DNA of 64,000 bases from the human T2T-CHM13v2.0 reference genome, Homo sapiens. Under the pieces are notes generated by a model. That model searched no databases. It saw nothing but the letters and a program-made list of their open reading frames with translations, and was not told the DNA's origin. The DNA lies in the NCBI RefSeq assembly GCF_009914755.1, contig NC_060931.1. One strand, given 5' to 3'. Positions 1 through 32,500 of this stretch are shown here, piece after piece. Numbering within the stretch: position 1 is the first letter of the stretch; every line of letters begins with the position of its first letter. A program made the translations under genes and the position numbers.

Positions 1-123
1 ATTGGATATTTGATCATTTCAGAATAAATATAATCCTTTCCTACCAGTTAATTGGAGAAATTCTTCATTTTTCCTGAAGTAGTTACACTTTTCTTAAAAT
101 TATTAAAAGTTTTAAAGTATCTA

Positions 124-540
<417 letters not shown>

Positions 541-656
541 CTAAAAGTTAAAGTCACAAGTGGTCAGAGATTTATCCACTTGTTTTGGTAACATGGAGAT
601 CATTTATGACCTGGGTTAGCAGGTATGGTACAGGGGAGGAGACAGAATTAAAATTA

Positions 657-809
<153 letters not shown>

Positions 810-985
810 TTAAAAATAAAATTAGATTAGTTGATGGAGTGAAGGAGAGGTGAAGAAATAGAGACAAACTGTATAGGCACCTCTTATTTAGGTCTTCTTG
901 TCTCCACTATAACTCTTGGCAGGCTTTCTTTGCTACTGATGAGGCAGAAATAAAACTATATTGTCAGTCTCAGATTTAAAAAACA

Positions 986-991
986 TTTATT
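986..991 (-). terminator. AGR3 polyadenylation signal AATAAA (cleavage ~970)
   Basis: Plus tttatt, ~150 nt downstream of the stop codon. Confidence 0.8.
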
Positions 992-1139
992 TTAATAAGA
1001 CTATTGCAAACACATTAAAAAAACTAAATAGTAATATTACAAAATCTATATACTTGCACATTTAGTATTTGTCAATGTGCCAGAGGTTTTCTTCATGAAA
1101 TTTGACTTCTTTGAAGTGAAGGCTTTTTTCTATCATCTC

Positions 1140-20144
<19,005 letters not shown>

Positions 20145-21531
20145 GTCTTCTAGAGACTCTCTCAGAAGAAGCTAGATGACAGAAAGGAATTCTCAGAATC
20201 CAGTGAATTACTTCAAGCTATTATTAGAAGATATTTGCTAAGAGTTGGACCAATACTGTGATGACAGACTGTTCAGCTTTTTTGGTTTGACATGGTATAA
20301 CCAACCACATAGAACTTTCATTCACATTTTATTTTTAAAATACTTAATCAACTCAGTACATGCTCAGTTGGTAAGAAGTCATGTTCTGAGCCTGCTGGGC
20401 ATGGTGCTGTATAATTAAAAAAGAGCTGGATCAGGGCACACGAAGCCTGCTTCTGAACCGCCCTGTAGTGTTCACACCAACAAGACGAAACTCAAATAAG
20501 ATCATGTTGTTTGATGTCTTGTAAACTATGAAGTGACTTTTAGCATGCAGAAATATTCTTTGCCTTTTGATTCTCCTTCATCTAATAGGTCAAAATATTT
20601 TAACTCTATACTAAGATAAGATTATACATGAATAAATATTGCTTAAAATAGAAATCAGAGGAAAAATAGAATATGGAGGATTCTTGTCCTTCAGTTCCTT
20701 TATAGTTTCTTACCTTTCTCATCCTTCCAACAATTACTCAGACTTTTGCCCTTCAGTTTATGATACAGCTCTTTATAAAAATCAAGTACTATCATATTAC
20801 TATAAATTAGACATATGTATAGAGAAGAATAGACTGTCATGATTACATTCTCTCCTGGTTAGCTAGAATTCAAACTGATTCTTAACTCAATGTGCGTCTT
20901 TTATACTTTGCACGTTAAGATAAAAACTGAAGTCCAAAGTTGGGCCTGATCTGGTCATAAACCACTTGATAAATATATTACAGGAAGTCTTTAATACTTG
21001 TGAGATGTTTAGTTACAGCATTAGCATATAAAACTGATTTGAAAATGGTTGACTCATGCAGTTTTGAAACTTTACCTCAAAATATAAAATAAATATACAG
21101 ACATCATTCACATTGATTTGAAGTTCCTTTAAGACGTCTTTCCTATTGGCTTACATTATTTAGTATTGAACTCATCACCAAAATAGTAAAATTTCCTTAG
21201 CCAAAATGGCTAGTGACTGATTCTTTAGTGATTCTGTTCAAACAAAGATGTTGCTATATTTTATTGTAGTAGGCATTGTGGAAAATGAAAAGATATATAA
21301 GACACAATGTTTTGGCATTGGTAAAACATTTGGCAATTTTAATCACCTAGTTATTGTAAAGTAGCAACCGCAGTCGTAGAGGAGAACAACAATTTGGTGG
21401 TAAAGAAGTTTACAGATTCTAGATTTCTCCAGACATTTCCTCATTCCTCCCATTATACTGTTTTCCCCTTCCCAGTGGTGTATCTATTGCAGCCCCTCTA
21501 TGGACTGAAAATAGTTACCACTCCAGGTTAA

Positions 21532-22206
<675 letters not shown>

Positions 22207-23479
22207 TAAGTTCTCATAACTTATTAAACCATAAAACATTTCAGAATGTCATCTTGTACCTTAAGGCCTTGGTCATCTTGTACTTTAAAGACTGAAACAA
22301 ATACAGGGTGGATTTTAGTACAGGACAGGGACAGTTGACTCTGGAACACAAAGCTCAACCCAGGGAAGGCAGCCTTAGTTAGACAGGTTGGGAGTTGCAG
22401 TGGAGGAACTAAAGCAACCACCTAGGACAGGATCTTAACCTGGATCCAGCAGGCTTCTAGAAGGCCTGTGGCTGAGCTACAGAAGGCTCAAAACCCCTGG
22501 AAATTGTGTGCAAAATTTTATCTGCCTCTGTTCCTTTTCCGTGGGAATAGGGTCCAAAACGTCATTAAAATTCTTCCAGGGATCTTGGATATAAAGAAGA
22601 GTTAAGAAAAGTCAATCTGGAAGGAATCTTTAGAAAGATTTTTCTATGTTAGCTACAGAGACAAGCAGGTGGAATCTGCATTTTAAAAAAGAAAAAGCAT
22701 AACCTCATCATTTTTGCTATTTTAAAGCTGCGAAGCTTAGAGTTAAGCGGGAACCATTTTTTCTTTAAAATTTCAAGTCTTTATGTATTATTGTCAAATA
22801 CTTTCTAATTAAAAAATAAAAATCTTGGTTTTCTGGTTTTACATTGATAAATTATAAAATAGATATTAAATATATTCTGTGACAAAGCAGTACAACTTGT
22901 ACACTGTAGATTTTGAATAAATAACGCTTTCCTTGGTAAAATATAGTGTAAACTGCTGAGGGTCCTTTAGTATCAGTTGCAAGGTTAAGCTACTTGGGGG
23001 AATACAGATAAATGTGGCATGGTTACAGGCCTACAGCAGCTTAAAATGCATTTGGGAGGCACATAACCATATGTCAGCAATTAGATTGTATAAACATTGG
23101 TCAATTAGCATTTTATGACATTAGTATTTTATTTTTCAAAAGTAATTTAACGTAAGTAACTGATATTATAAGTTCCTATATTTTAAAATAAAACAAGACT
23201 TAAAAGAATATAAAGAAGAGCTATCATTACTTGTAGAATACTTTTTAAAGAGTCGTTTTTGTGGTTGACGTCAATTTATTCTAATACCATTAATATAAAT
23301 AGAGATAAAACTATGAAACCAGCAAAGGAAATCCAGTTCAGTAAAAGAAGAAAAATAAAAATTCATTTCACTTTCCTACCCTTTACTGAAAGCTTCACTT
23401 TTAAATAGCAAAAGGTGATTATTTAAATATAGCAAAGCTTGACCACTGATTAAGTAATCTGGAAAATTTGCTTGCTTAC

Positions 23480-23525
23480 CTGACTTGGCCAGTGCTCTTG
23501 TTGGAAATGTATTCTGGATGTTTCT
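23480..23525 (-). other. AGR3: AGR3 non-coding exon 1 (5' UTR; 5' end approximate)
   Basis: AGAAACATCCAGAATAC...GGCCAAGTCAG|gtaagc, a strong donor; begins ~25 nt after the first base of a TATA box; matches my recall of the mRNA 5' end. Confidence 0.85.
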
Positions 23526-23543
23526 GGTTAAAAATGGGTGTGG

Positions 23544-23550
23544 ATTTATA
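23544..23550 (-). promoter_or_regulatory. TATA box (TATAAAT) of AGR3 promoter
   Basis: Plus atttata 23544-23550, ~25 nt upstream of the exon 1 start. Confidence 0.75.
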
Positions 23551-24163
23551 GACACACACACACACACCTGACCTACAACCTCACCTGCATAGAAACAAGA
23601 GCATAGTTACCGGAAAACAAACTTAGAAAAATAGGCTGGTCTGAAAAACTCTGTACTTCTTTCCAGTTCTCATGCTTCTCACACTAAAAAAGCTCTATTC
23701 TTTTTCTCTAAATTAAGATTGAATGTCCTCATAAAATAAGGTCAAATACCATCTTTGTGCTTCTTTCTCTTTTACCTTTTATTTCCCAAGGTAGTTTAAT
23801 GTTTGGCTGAAGTTCAGCACAAAAAAAAAAAAGAAAAGGAAGAAAGAAAACGGAATGAATTTAAGAACTGTGTGCATGCCATTGTTCAAATAGAAATTCC
23901 TAAGGGTTACTCTGTTTACAGGAATATAATTAACAGCTAAAGAGATTGGGTCCTTTTTTTTTTGAGAGAGAAGGAAATAAAAATTCTGTTTTAAAGTTGA
24001 ACATTTTCATAATTTGATTATTCTTTACAATTTTTCTATAAAACCTTTACTGCACAAAAAATTAGAAAAACAGGCCATTAGATAAGTTTAAATTTATCTA
24101 ATAGTTAGATACTGTTGAATTAATTGAGAGTAATTATTTAATTACTGTTAAAATAACGTAGGG

Positions 24164-24742
24164 CAGTGTGTCATCAAATTTGGCATACCTGTTTTTTGTA
24201 CAGCCCAGGAAACAGGAACGGTTTTGACATTTTTAAACGGTTGGGGAAAAAAACCCAAAAGAATCATATTTTGTGACGTGTGAAAGTTATATGAAATTCA
24301 ATTTCAGTGTCCTTAAGTAGAGAGAGATGTGGCGGATGGCATGCAGCCATGTGCATTTGCTTACTAGTGTCTATGGCTACTTTTGCACTGCAACAGCAAA
24401 GTCCGGTACAGTCCAGGACAGTGGATACCAAAATCTGTGCACACTCAAAGTCCCATATCTGGCCCTGCGTAACCCACAGATATGAAAAGTTGGTCCTCCG
24501 CATATGCAGGTTTGGCATCCCGTGAACACAGTATTTTTGATCCACTTTTGGTTGTGGATACAGAACTTGCCCATATGAAGGAATATATTAAAAAAAAATC
24601 CTTCTCTAAGTGAACCCACACAATTCAAATCTATGTTGTTTAAGGGTCAACTGTGCTTGTGACAGGGACTGTATGATCTGCAAAACCTAAAATATTTACT
24701 ATCTTTAGTAAATGTTTACAGAAAATGTTTGTTGAACCTTAA
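24164..24742. mobile_element. MER58(B)-like hAT-Charlie element split by MER8/Tigger2-type element (24409-24653)
   Basis: tatggctacttttgcactgcaacagca...aaacctaaaatatttactatc (MER58); ggataccaaaatc...gttgtttaagggtcaactg (MER8 TIR). Confidence 0.8.
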
Positions 24743-24763
24743 TCCAGGGTATTGTTTATAAAT

Positions 24764-24900
24764 TCCTTCCTTCCTTCTTTCCTTCCTTTCTTCCTTTGCT
24801 TCCTTTCTTCCTCTCTCCCTCCCTCCCTTCCTCTCTTCCTCCCTTCCTCTCTTCCTCCATCCCTCCATCCCTCCATCCCTCCCTTCTCCCACCCCTTTTT
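24764..24900. repeat. CT-rich simple repeat (CCTT/CCAT)
   Basis: Direct inspection. Confidence 0.9.
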
Positions 24901-26555
24901 TGTTTCTTTTTTTTGTGGGGAAGGGTCTAATTGCTCTGAATACATTAACAAATATACTGTGCAAGAATGGGAGTGATGATTGTCTTGCTCCTGATGTTAA
25001 AGCGGGTGTGCTTCCAGTATTTTAACTTTAGATGTAGTGCTGGATTTGGCTGAGTTGACCATGTTAAGAAGGTAACCATTATTCTTAAACTACATCTCTT
25101 AAAAGCAGGACTGTTGGATTTTGTTCTATAAAGATGGGCATATGGATTTTCTCATTTGTTATAGAAAATTTTACTGTTTTCCTAATTAAACTTTCCATTG
25201 TCCTGAAAGAAACTTCATGTAGCTAGGTTGTATATTCTTTAACTGTACTGCTGATTTGTGTACTTGTCTAACTGTGCTTTCTTCCTTACATAGGATTCTC
25301 AAAGGGACCCTTCCCTGGAACATGCTATTCAAATGGAATCCTTCTTGCTGAAGGTTATGAAACTTGACATATAATTTTAATTTTAAATCCAGCCAGCCTT
25401 TGCAAAGCAAAGAAATGGCTGGGCAATAATCCTTATATTTCTCTGTTAGTGAAAAGTCTGGGAAAGCTTTCAACTTCTTGTTGACTGAGAGTGGTTACGG
25501 AAAAATCTCCAAATATTCTGCATCCCTGTTAAACTTCTCACATAATATTCATTTAAATAAATTATAAGATAAGAGTGAGAAAGAGGAAGTCGAGTACCTG
25601 TGGGGTAGTGAAACTAGACCCTGTAATGTCTGAGCTGATCAGTGTCTTTTGGTCTCTCCCACTAGGGTGATAATGCAATGTGTCCTCTAACCCAGGACAA
25701 TTTTGAAAGTAAAAGGAGGTAATAAAGTCATTGGAATTATAGCATCTTAAAATAATATTTTGAAATATATATTTGTCATCCAAAATTTGTTTTATTGTGT
25801 AATAGATCACAAATGGTTCTATGAAAGATTATTCTTAGAAGTAAAATTATTTAAAGTATATTCATGTACATGATGGCAAATTATACAAATTATTCTTTGT
25901 ATATAATTATGTTAATCATTTTCTTAACTGTACCTATCTGATACCAGGTGGCTGGTATTTTTCTGGCATTAACTGTCTTTATTTTTTCAATGTGACCTCA
26001 TATTTATTTTTTCATAAAATTGCCTGCAATAATCTTCAAAATCAATCTTACGGTTAATGGATTTGGAATTGTCAACAGCTTCAATTGACTCTTCCTGTAG
26101 GTCATATTACATCCTATTTTTAATTAAGAAAATAATTTTTCTATAGCCGATGGGTTACCCAGTAATTTGAGAAAGTTCAGTTCACTGGAGGACAGTTTTA
26201 ATTCTAATTTTAATCTTACTGAAATATTATCTCAAATATTGTCTTTTAGCCTCTGCTTAGAGTACCTTCTTCAACAGAAAATTTTACAAGATAAAACAAG
26301 TAACATAAGTCATCTTGCCTTATAATTATTTTAAATGTTTCATTAAATTTCCAAGCTACAAAATTGTAGGGCCTCTCTGTTTCATTCTATTCAGGAACAG
26401 AATATAAGTGTGTCTAATTATATACTCTTTTAATAATAAATCAAGCTGTTTTGCTCTTGGAGTTGATTCTTTTGAGGGCATTGTTCTATATTTTTACAAG
26501 TTTAATTGGTCACATAAATCATTGGTTAAATATAGGATTAGGATTACCTATTCAC

Positions 26556-26557
<2 letters not shown>

Positions 26558-26588
<31 letters not shown>
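26558..26588. repeat. (TG)n microsatellite
   Basis: ~15 TG units. Confidence 0.95.
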
Positions 26589-26594
<6 letters not shown>

Positions 26595-28198
26595 CCATCT
26601 GTTTGTCTGTATTTCAGTTTATCAGTCTCTTACTAAGAAAATATATATACATTTTAAAAGGCTGACAGTGGAAAGTAGGTATTCCTCTTGCCCAGTCTAT
26701 GGGTCTTCTTGAGGCAATAACGGTTTATACATCTACCTATTTATGTTTGTATATTAACACAAATGGTGCCATTCAATGAATACTTCTGAACCTCTTTTTT
26801 ATGTAATAATATTGAAGATTGTACCATATTAGGACAGGTATTTGTGAAACTATTCAGTAAATGAAAGAGAATAATGTCTTGCAGAGAGCATTTATGTATC
26901 ACTGTTTTCTAAATCCTGTAGAGGCAAATAGTTATTTTTAAAAATATTGGGTTTGGAGAAAAAAGACTCTTTGGGTTAAAGGAATAGATACCTCCAGAAT
27001 TCATTATTGAGCTGTGCAATTTTATACCAAACATTTAAATGCATAGTGTTTTTATAAGCCTCTCATAATCAATGTCTGTAACCTACAGGTTCTTGCTCTG
27101 TCAAAATTAGTTACACTTCCCATTGCAAAACAATAATGTTTTATTTCCATTAAGCATAAAGTCTCTGAACTTGCAGGGTATTACATCTAAACACTTGATA
27201 AACCTGTGGTATTTTTACAATATAAATATAAATGAGATTTATTCCTTGGTATTTGCCCTGTGAGCTAAGTAAGATTAAGTAGAATTGTGCATGTAGCTTT
27301 TGGATTAGAGATTCAAGTCCTTCAATCAGGCTCTTACCTGTAGCTTGTCGTGATAACTTTGTACTTTTTCCCATAAAAATGCTTTTATATCTTAAACAGG
27401 CATATCATTTTTTCCTGCCATGGTGGAGATCAGGGACTCTGCCTGGCCAGTTTCCTCAGCCCAGGTCAGGGAGGGCCTGTTTTGGAAGACATGAATAAAA
27501 TTAAAATGGATTGTGCAGAGCTGGGAGGCAGCCATGGTAAATCTGAAGTGAGATCCCCAAATAGTTCTCAAGTAGATGAAGAATAGATACAGAAAATGGG
27601 AAGAAGAAAGCAGAGCCAGAGAGTAACAGAAGCAGGGAAAGGAGGGAGACAATAACGGGTTTGGGGAGGAAAGAGTGGTAGGGCTCTTGAGTGATGTGTG
27701 GGGCATTTGGCTCCGTTCAACAGGCTGGAGAATATGGATGTGGTCTTACCATGAGATTAGAGGATAAAGAACCTTTTTAAGATGGCAAATAAGGTGTTAT
27801 AATATGATCCGAGTTTTAAAAGTTATGTTTTAACATGAAAAAATAAATATATTCATAAGTTGCAGACATAAAAGCACCAAGCCATAGAATAAAGTATGTT
27901 TCTAGGGAAATTATGAATCTTTCCATAGGGAATCATTTTATTTTGATAGCTTCAAAAATTCTAATAGAAGATTATCTCCTGAAAGAGAATATAGCACCTC
28001 TAGTTGATCTTCTTCTTAAGGGCTAAATATTGTATATACAAATCCACAATGAAAATTAGTTTTCAAAGATGTATTTCTAAAAGTCAACTAAATTGTATAT
28101 TCTTGTAAGTACAAATTGACATTTTCTGTGCTTGATGATTAAACCATACACTGACAGTCCTCAGTCCTGCTAAAACTCTTCATTCATTTCCCTCTTGA

Positions 28199-28489
<291 letters not shown>

Positions 28490-28725
28490 CCTCTTAGTTG
28501 ATTAATACAGAATTTTAAGTTCATATTTTTACCATTGCTATATATTGTTTTTAAAGAATTACTGTACAAAATATTGTTGGTTGTTTACTTAAGACTATTT
28601 TTCTTTCATATAGCTCTCTTTTCTGAAACACTGATTTGGTTCAGCTTTTCCCTTTCTACCGTGCTGTTTTATATTTAAGGTGGGCCCCATAGCCAGACTC
28701 AGGGGCTAGATTGATTAGTGTATTC

Positions 28726-28912
28726 CAGTGGTTCTTAACCAGGGTACATTTGGCAATGTCTGGAGACATTTTTGATTGTTTCAATTGGGGAGGGTGCTAT
28801 AGGTATCTAGTGGGTAGAGAGCAAGGAGGATTCTAAACAATGTACAGAATAGCTCCCTCCAACAAAGAATTATCCATCCCAAAATGTCATTAGTGATGAG
28901 GCTGAACCCCTG
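28726..28912 (+). mobile_element. MER20 (hAT-Charlie)
   Basis: cagtggttcttaacc...ggcaatgtctggagacattttt...cccaaaatgtcattagtg. Confidence 0.85.
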
Positions 28913-28914
28913 GT

Positions 28915-29366
28915 CTATTTTTACCCAATCATGGTGGTCATCTTTCTAAATCACTGTTGGTTTAGGCATAAACATGTGATATAATTCTTGCTGATGAAAT
29001 AGGGGAAATATAAGGAAAGTTTCCTCTCGTTAATAAAAATCAATAAATGTAAAGAAAATGGCTCCCATTTCCACTGATATAGTCAGATCTGGATGCAATG
29101 TATTGAACTCTGACAGCCACCTTAGTTTCATGAGGATGCTTAGGAAGAACAACGTTGATGTACCTTAAAGAGACTGAGAGAAAGATGGAGAGAATCTGTG
29201 TCAGGCTGAAGGCTGGTTAAAATATTAGAATCACCATTTTAACCAGCCTCCAGCCTGAAACTGTCGTATCTTAGGGCTTTTTCTAAGAAAAAAATTTTCT
29301 TCGTATTGTTTAAGCCAGCTGAGTTTTTGTTACTTTTAGCTATCAGGCAGCATCTTAATTGATAAC
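28915..29366 (+). mobile_element. MLT1(J/K)-like MaLR LTR
   Basis: ttgtttaagcca...ttgttact...catcttaattgataaca, an MLT1-type 3' end. Confidence 0.65.
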
Positions 29367-29806
29367 ATTATTTAGCATTTGCTTATTTCATAATTAAATA
29401 TTTAAACTTTTTTGACATTTAGTTTCATTTTTGATTGAAATTTCTTTTATGTCATATCTTTATCATTATTTATTTTACTTTACTAATAGGCTGGGTAAAA
29501 TTTTTGTGTGTGTATAATTTTAGAAGAAGGGTACATTGGTGATATTAATTAATCTTTGTAAGTCTAAAATGCCTTTTTGTTCATCTCATGGGAATGAGAG
29601 CTTGCTTGAATGTTGGATTATTCATAGTTCAGTACATTTTAGATATAGCTGTTGAGGGTTCTGACTGTTTAGTGTACACCATCTTCTATTTGGTATGGAA
29701 GAAAGGTTTGAGGACCATCTGTCGTTATTGTGTGACCTATCTTTTTTTCTTGTCTAGAAGCTTGTAGAATTATTTGCTTGTTATTAAAATTAAAAATGTT
29801 AATCAA

Positions 29807-30625
<819 letters not shown>

Positions 30626-30813
30626 TTCATCAAGGTATTATAAAATATAAATTGCTACTTCTTAATTTTGCCTAAGACTCAATAAATGTGTCTAATTATA
30701 AACACCCAAGGCTGTGTTCAGTTTCTAGAAGTGTTTCTTCTTATCATCTAGCTGGTTATTGATTTTCATTATGATCAACTCTTTATTTCTGTAAAACTTG
30801 TTTTCCAGATTTG

Positions 30814-31217
30814 AGATGTTCCTTGACTTACGGTGGAGTTACATCTTGATAAACACATTATAAGTTGAAGATATTGCAAGTTGAAAATGCATTTGATATA
30901 CCTAAACTACTGAACATTGTAGCTTAGCCTAGCCTACCTTAAATGTGTTCAGAACGCTTACATTAGCCTTCAACTGGGTAAAATCGTTTGGCAACACACT
31001 GCACTGTAGAGTATTGATTTACCCTCCAGATCTCATGGCTGACTGGGAGCTGGGGCTCGCTGCCTCTGCCCAGCACAAGAGAGTCTGCTACTACATATTA
31101 CTAGCCTGGAAAAAGATCAAAATTCAAAATTTAAAGTATGATTTCCACTAAATGCATATGGCTTTTGCACCATTATAAAGTTAAAATTATAAGTCAAACC
31201 GTAGTAAGACCATCTGT
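30814..31217 (+). mobile_element. MER47(B)-like Tigger relic
   Basis: agatgttccttgacttac...gcttagcctagcctaccttaaa...gaccatctgta. Confidence 0.85.
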
Positions 31218-31944
31218 ATTGGAAATCTGACATTATTATCTATGTGTCCTTTATAATTTGCATCTCTTTAGTCTGCCTCCACAGAGGCCTGAATTTCTCT
31301 TTTTTTTTTTTAACCGATTTGATCCTTGTAGTAGTCAGTTTATTCTTTATTGTTCCCATTACAGTAAAAAAGTTAGCAATCACACTTTTCAGTTTGAAAC
31401 CTCTTTTCTAGCTTCAAATTGTTTTGTTTATGACTACAGATCTTGTTTTTATATCTGTATGATAAGATGCTTCTGTAAGGGGTTTAGCCAGCTATTAAAC
31501 CTCCAGAGTGACCTCATTTCCTAAGCCAGCACCTTTGTCAGGTTTACACTGTGGTTGCCTTTGTAGCTCCCCACTGCATGAAGACTCCAGGTTTTATTGT
31601 ACTTCCTGGAAATGCCAGCAGAATGAACAATTTCTCCCACAAATCATTGCATGACTTAGCTTTATTTTCAGGCCCCACTGCAAACCTTTTGGAGGCAGGT
31701 GCTGTCCCTTCCCTTAAGCCCTGCAGGCTGTCTTTTATACGTATTAGATTATGGGCATGTCAGTCCTCACATCTGTCTGTGCTGTCTTAGAGAGATTTCT
31801 TGAATTTTCAGTTTGACTAAGTACATCTATCTGTCATTTCCAAGTGGGTATAATTGTCTCCTTACTATATTCAAAATAGAAGAATGTGGGCTGAGTTTGG
31901 CATCTTGTATAGAATGCTACCATTTACTCCACTTTAAATTGAAC

Positions 31945-32500
31945 CTAACATAGGTTGAGTGAGTTGTCCAAACTCACAGTAAGTAGCAGAGCCTGGTCTT
32001 AAACTTAGATCATTTGAACCCAAATTTTGTGTTCTTTCCACTATGGAAGTCAGTATGCATAGTAGTTAAGAGTGGGAGTCCTAGAGAAGGAGAGTAGACA
32101 GGTTCTGGCATCTGGAGGAGTGGGCCCATAGGGGATCATGACAAGGAATTGATTCTCTAGTCAAGCATGAACACGAAAAGAGAATTTTCTTTTCACACCT
32201 TACTTCACAGTGTGACCACTGATTTCAATCCCACCTTTTGTGATACTTCCTCTAACATTGTTGTCATTGCCTTAACAATTGTCATGACTTGTTAGTTATG
32301 CGAGGAGAAGTGATCATGGGGCCATTTGCCCTGAGCATCCAGCCTCCAGTGGTCCTTCTATTCTGGGGCTAGGATGTCTGGGTTCCAATCCTGCTCAGTA
32401 GCCACCATGACCACAGAGAAATTACTAATGCAAATAGAAATGTTGATAATATTTATCGCACAGAAGTGTTGTAATGATGAAATGTGAGAGAACATGAAAA
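31945..32500. mobile_element. MIR fragments
   Basis: aggttgagtgagttgtccaaactcacag; ctgggttccaatcctgctc. Confidence 0.5.

Noticed and set aside
25186-25473. 95-aa minus-strand ORF as a gene or pseudogene fragment
   Set aside because: Non-ATG start, no homolog I can recognise, no supporting splice or polyA structure; a BLASTX/BLASTN search would settle it.
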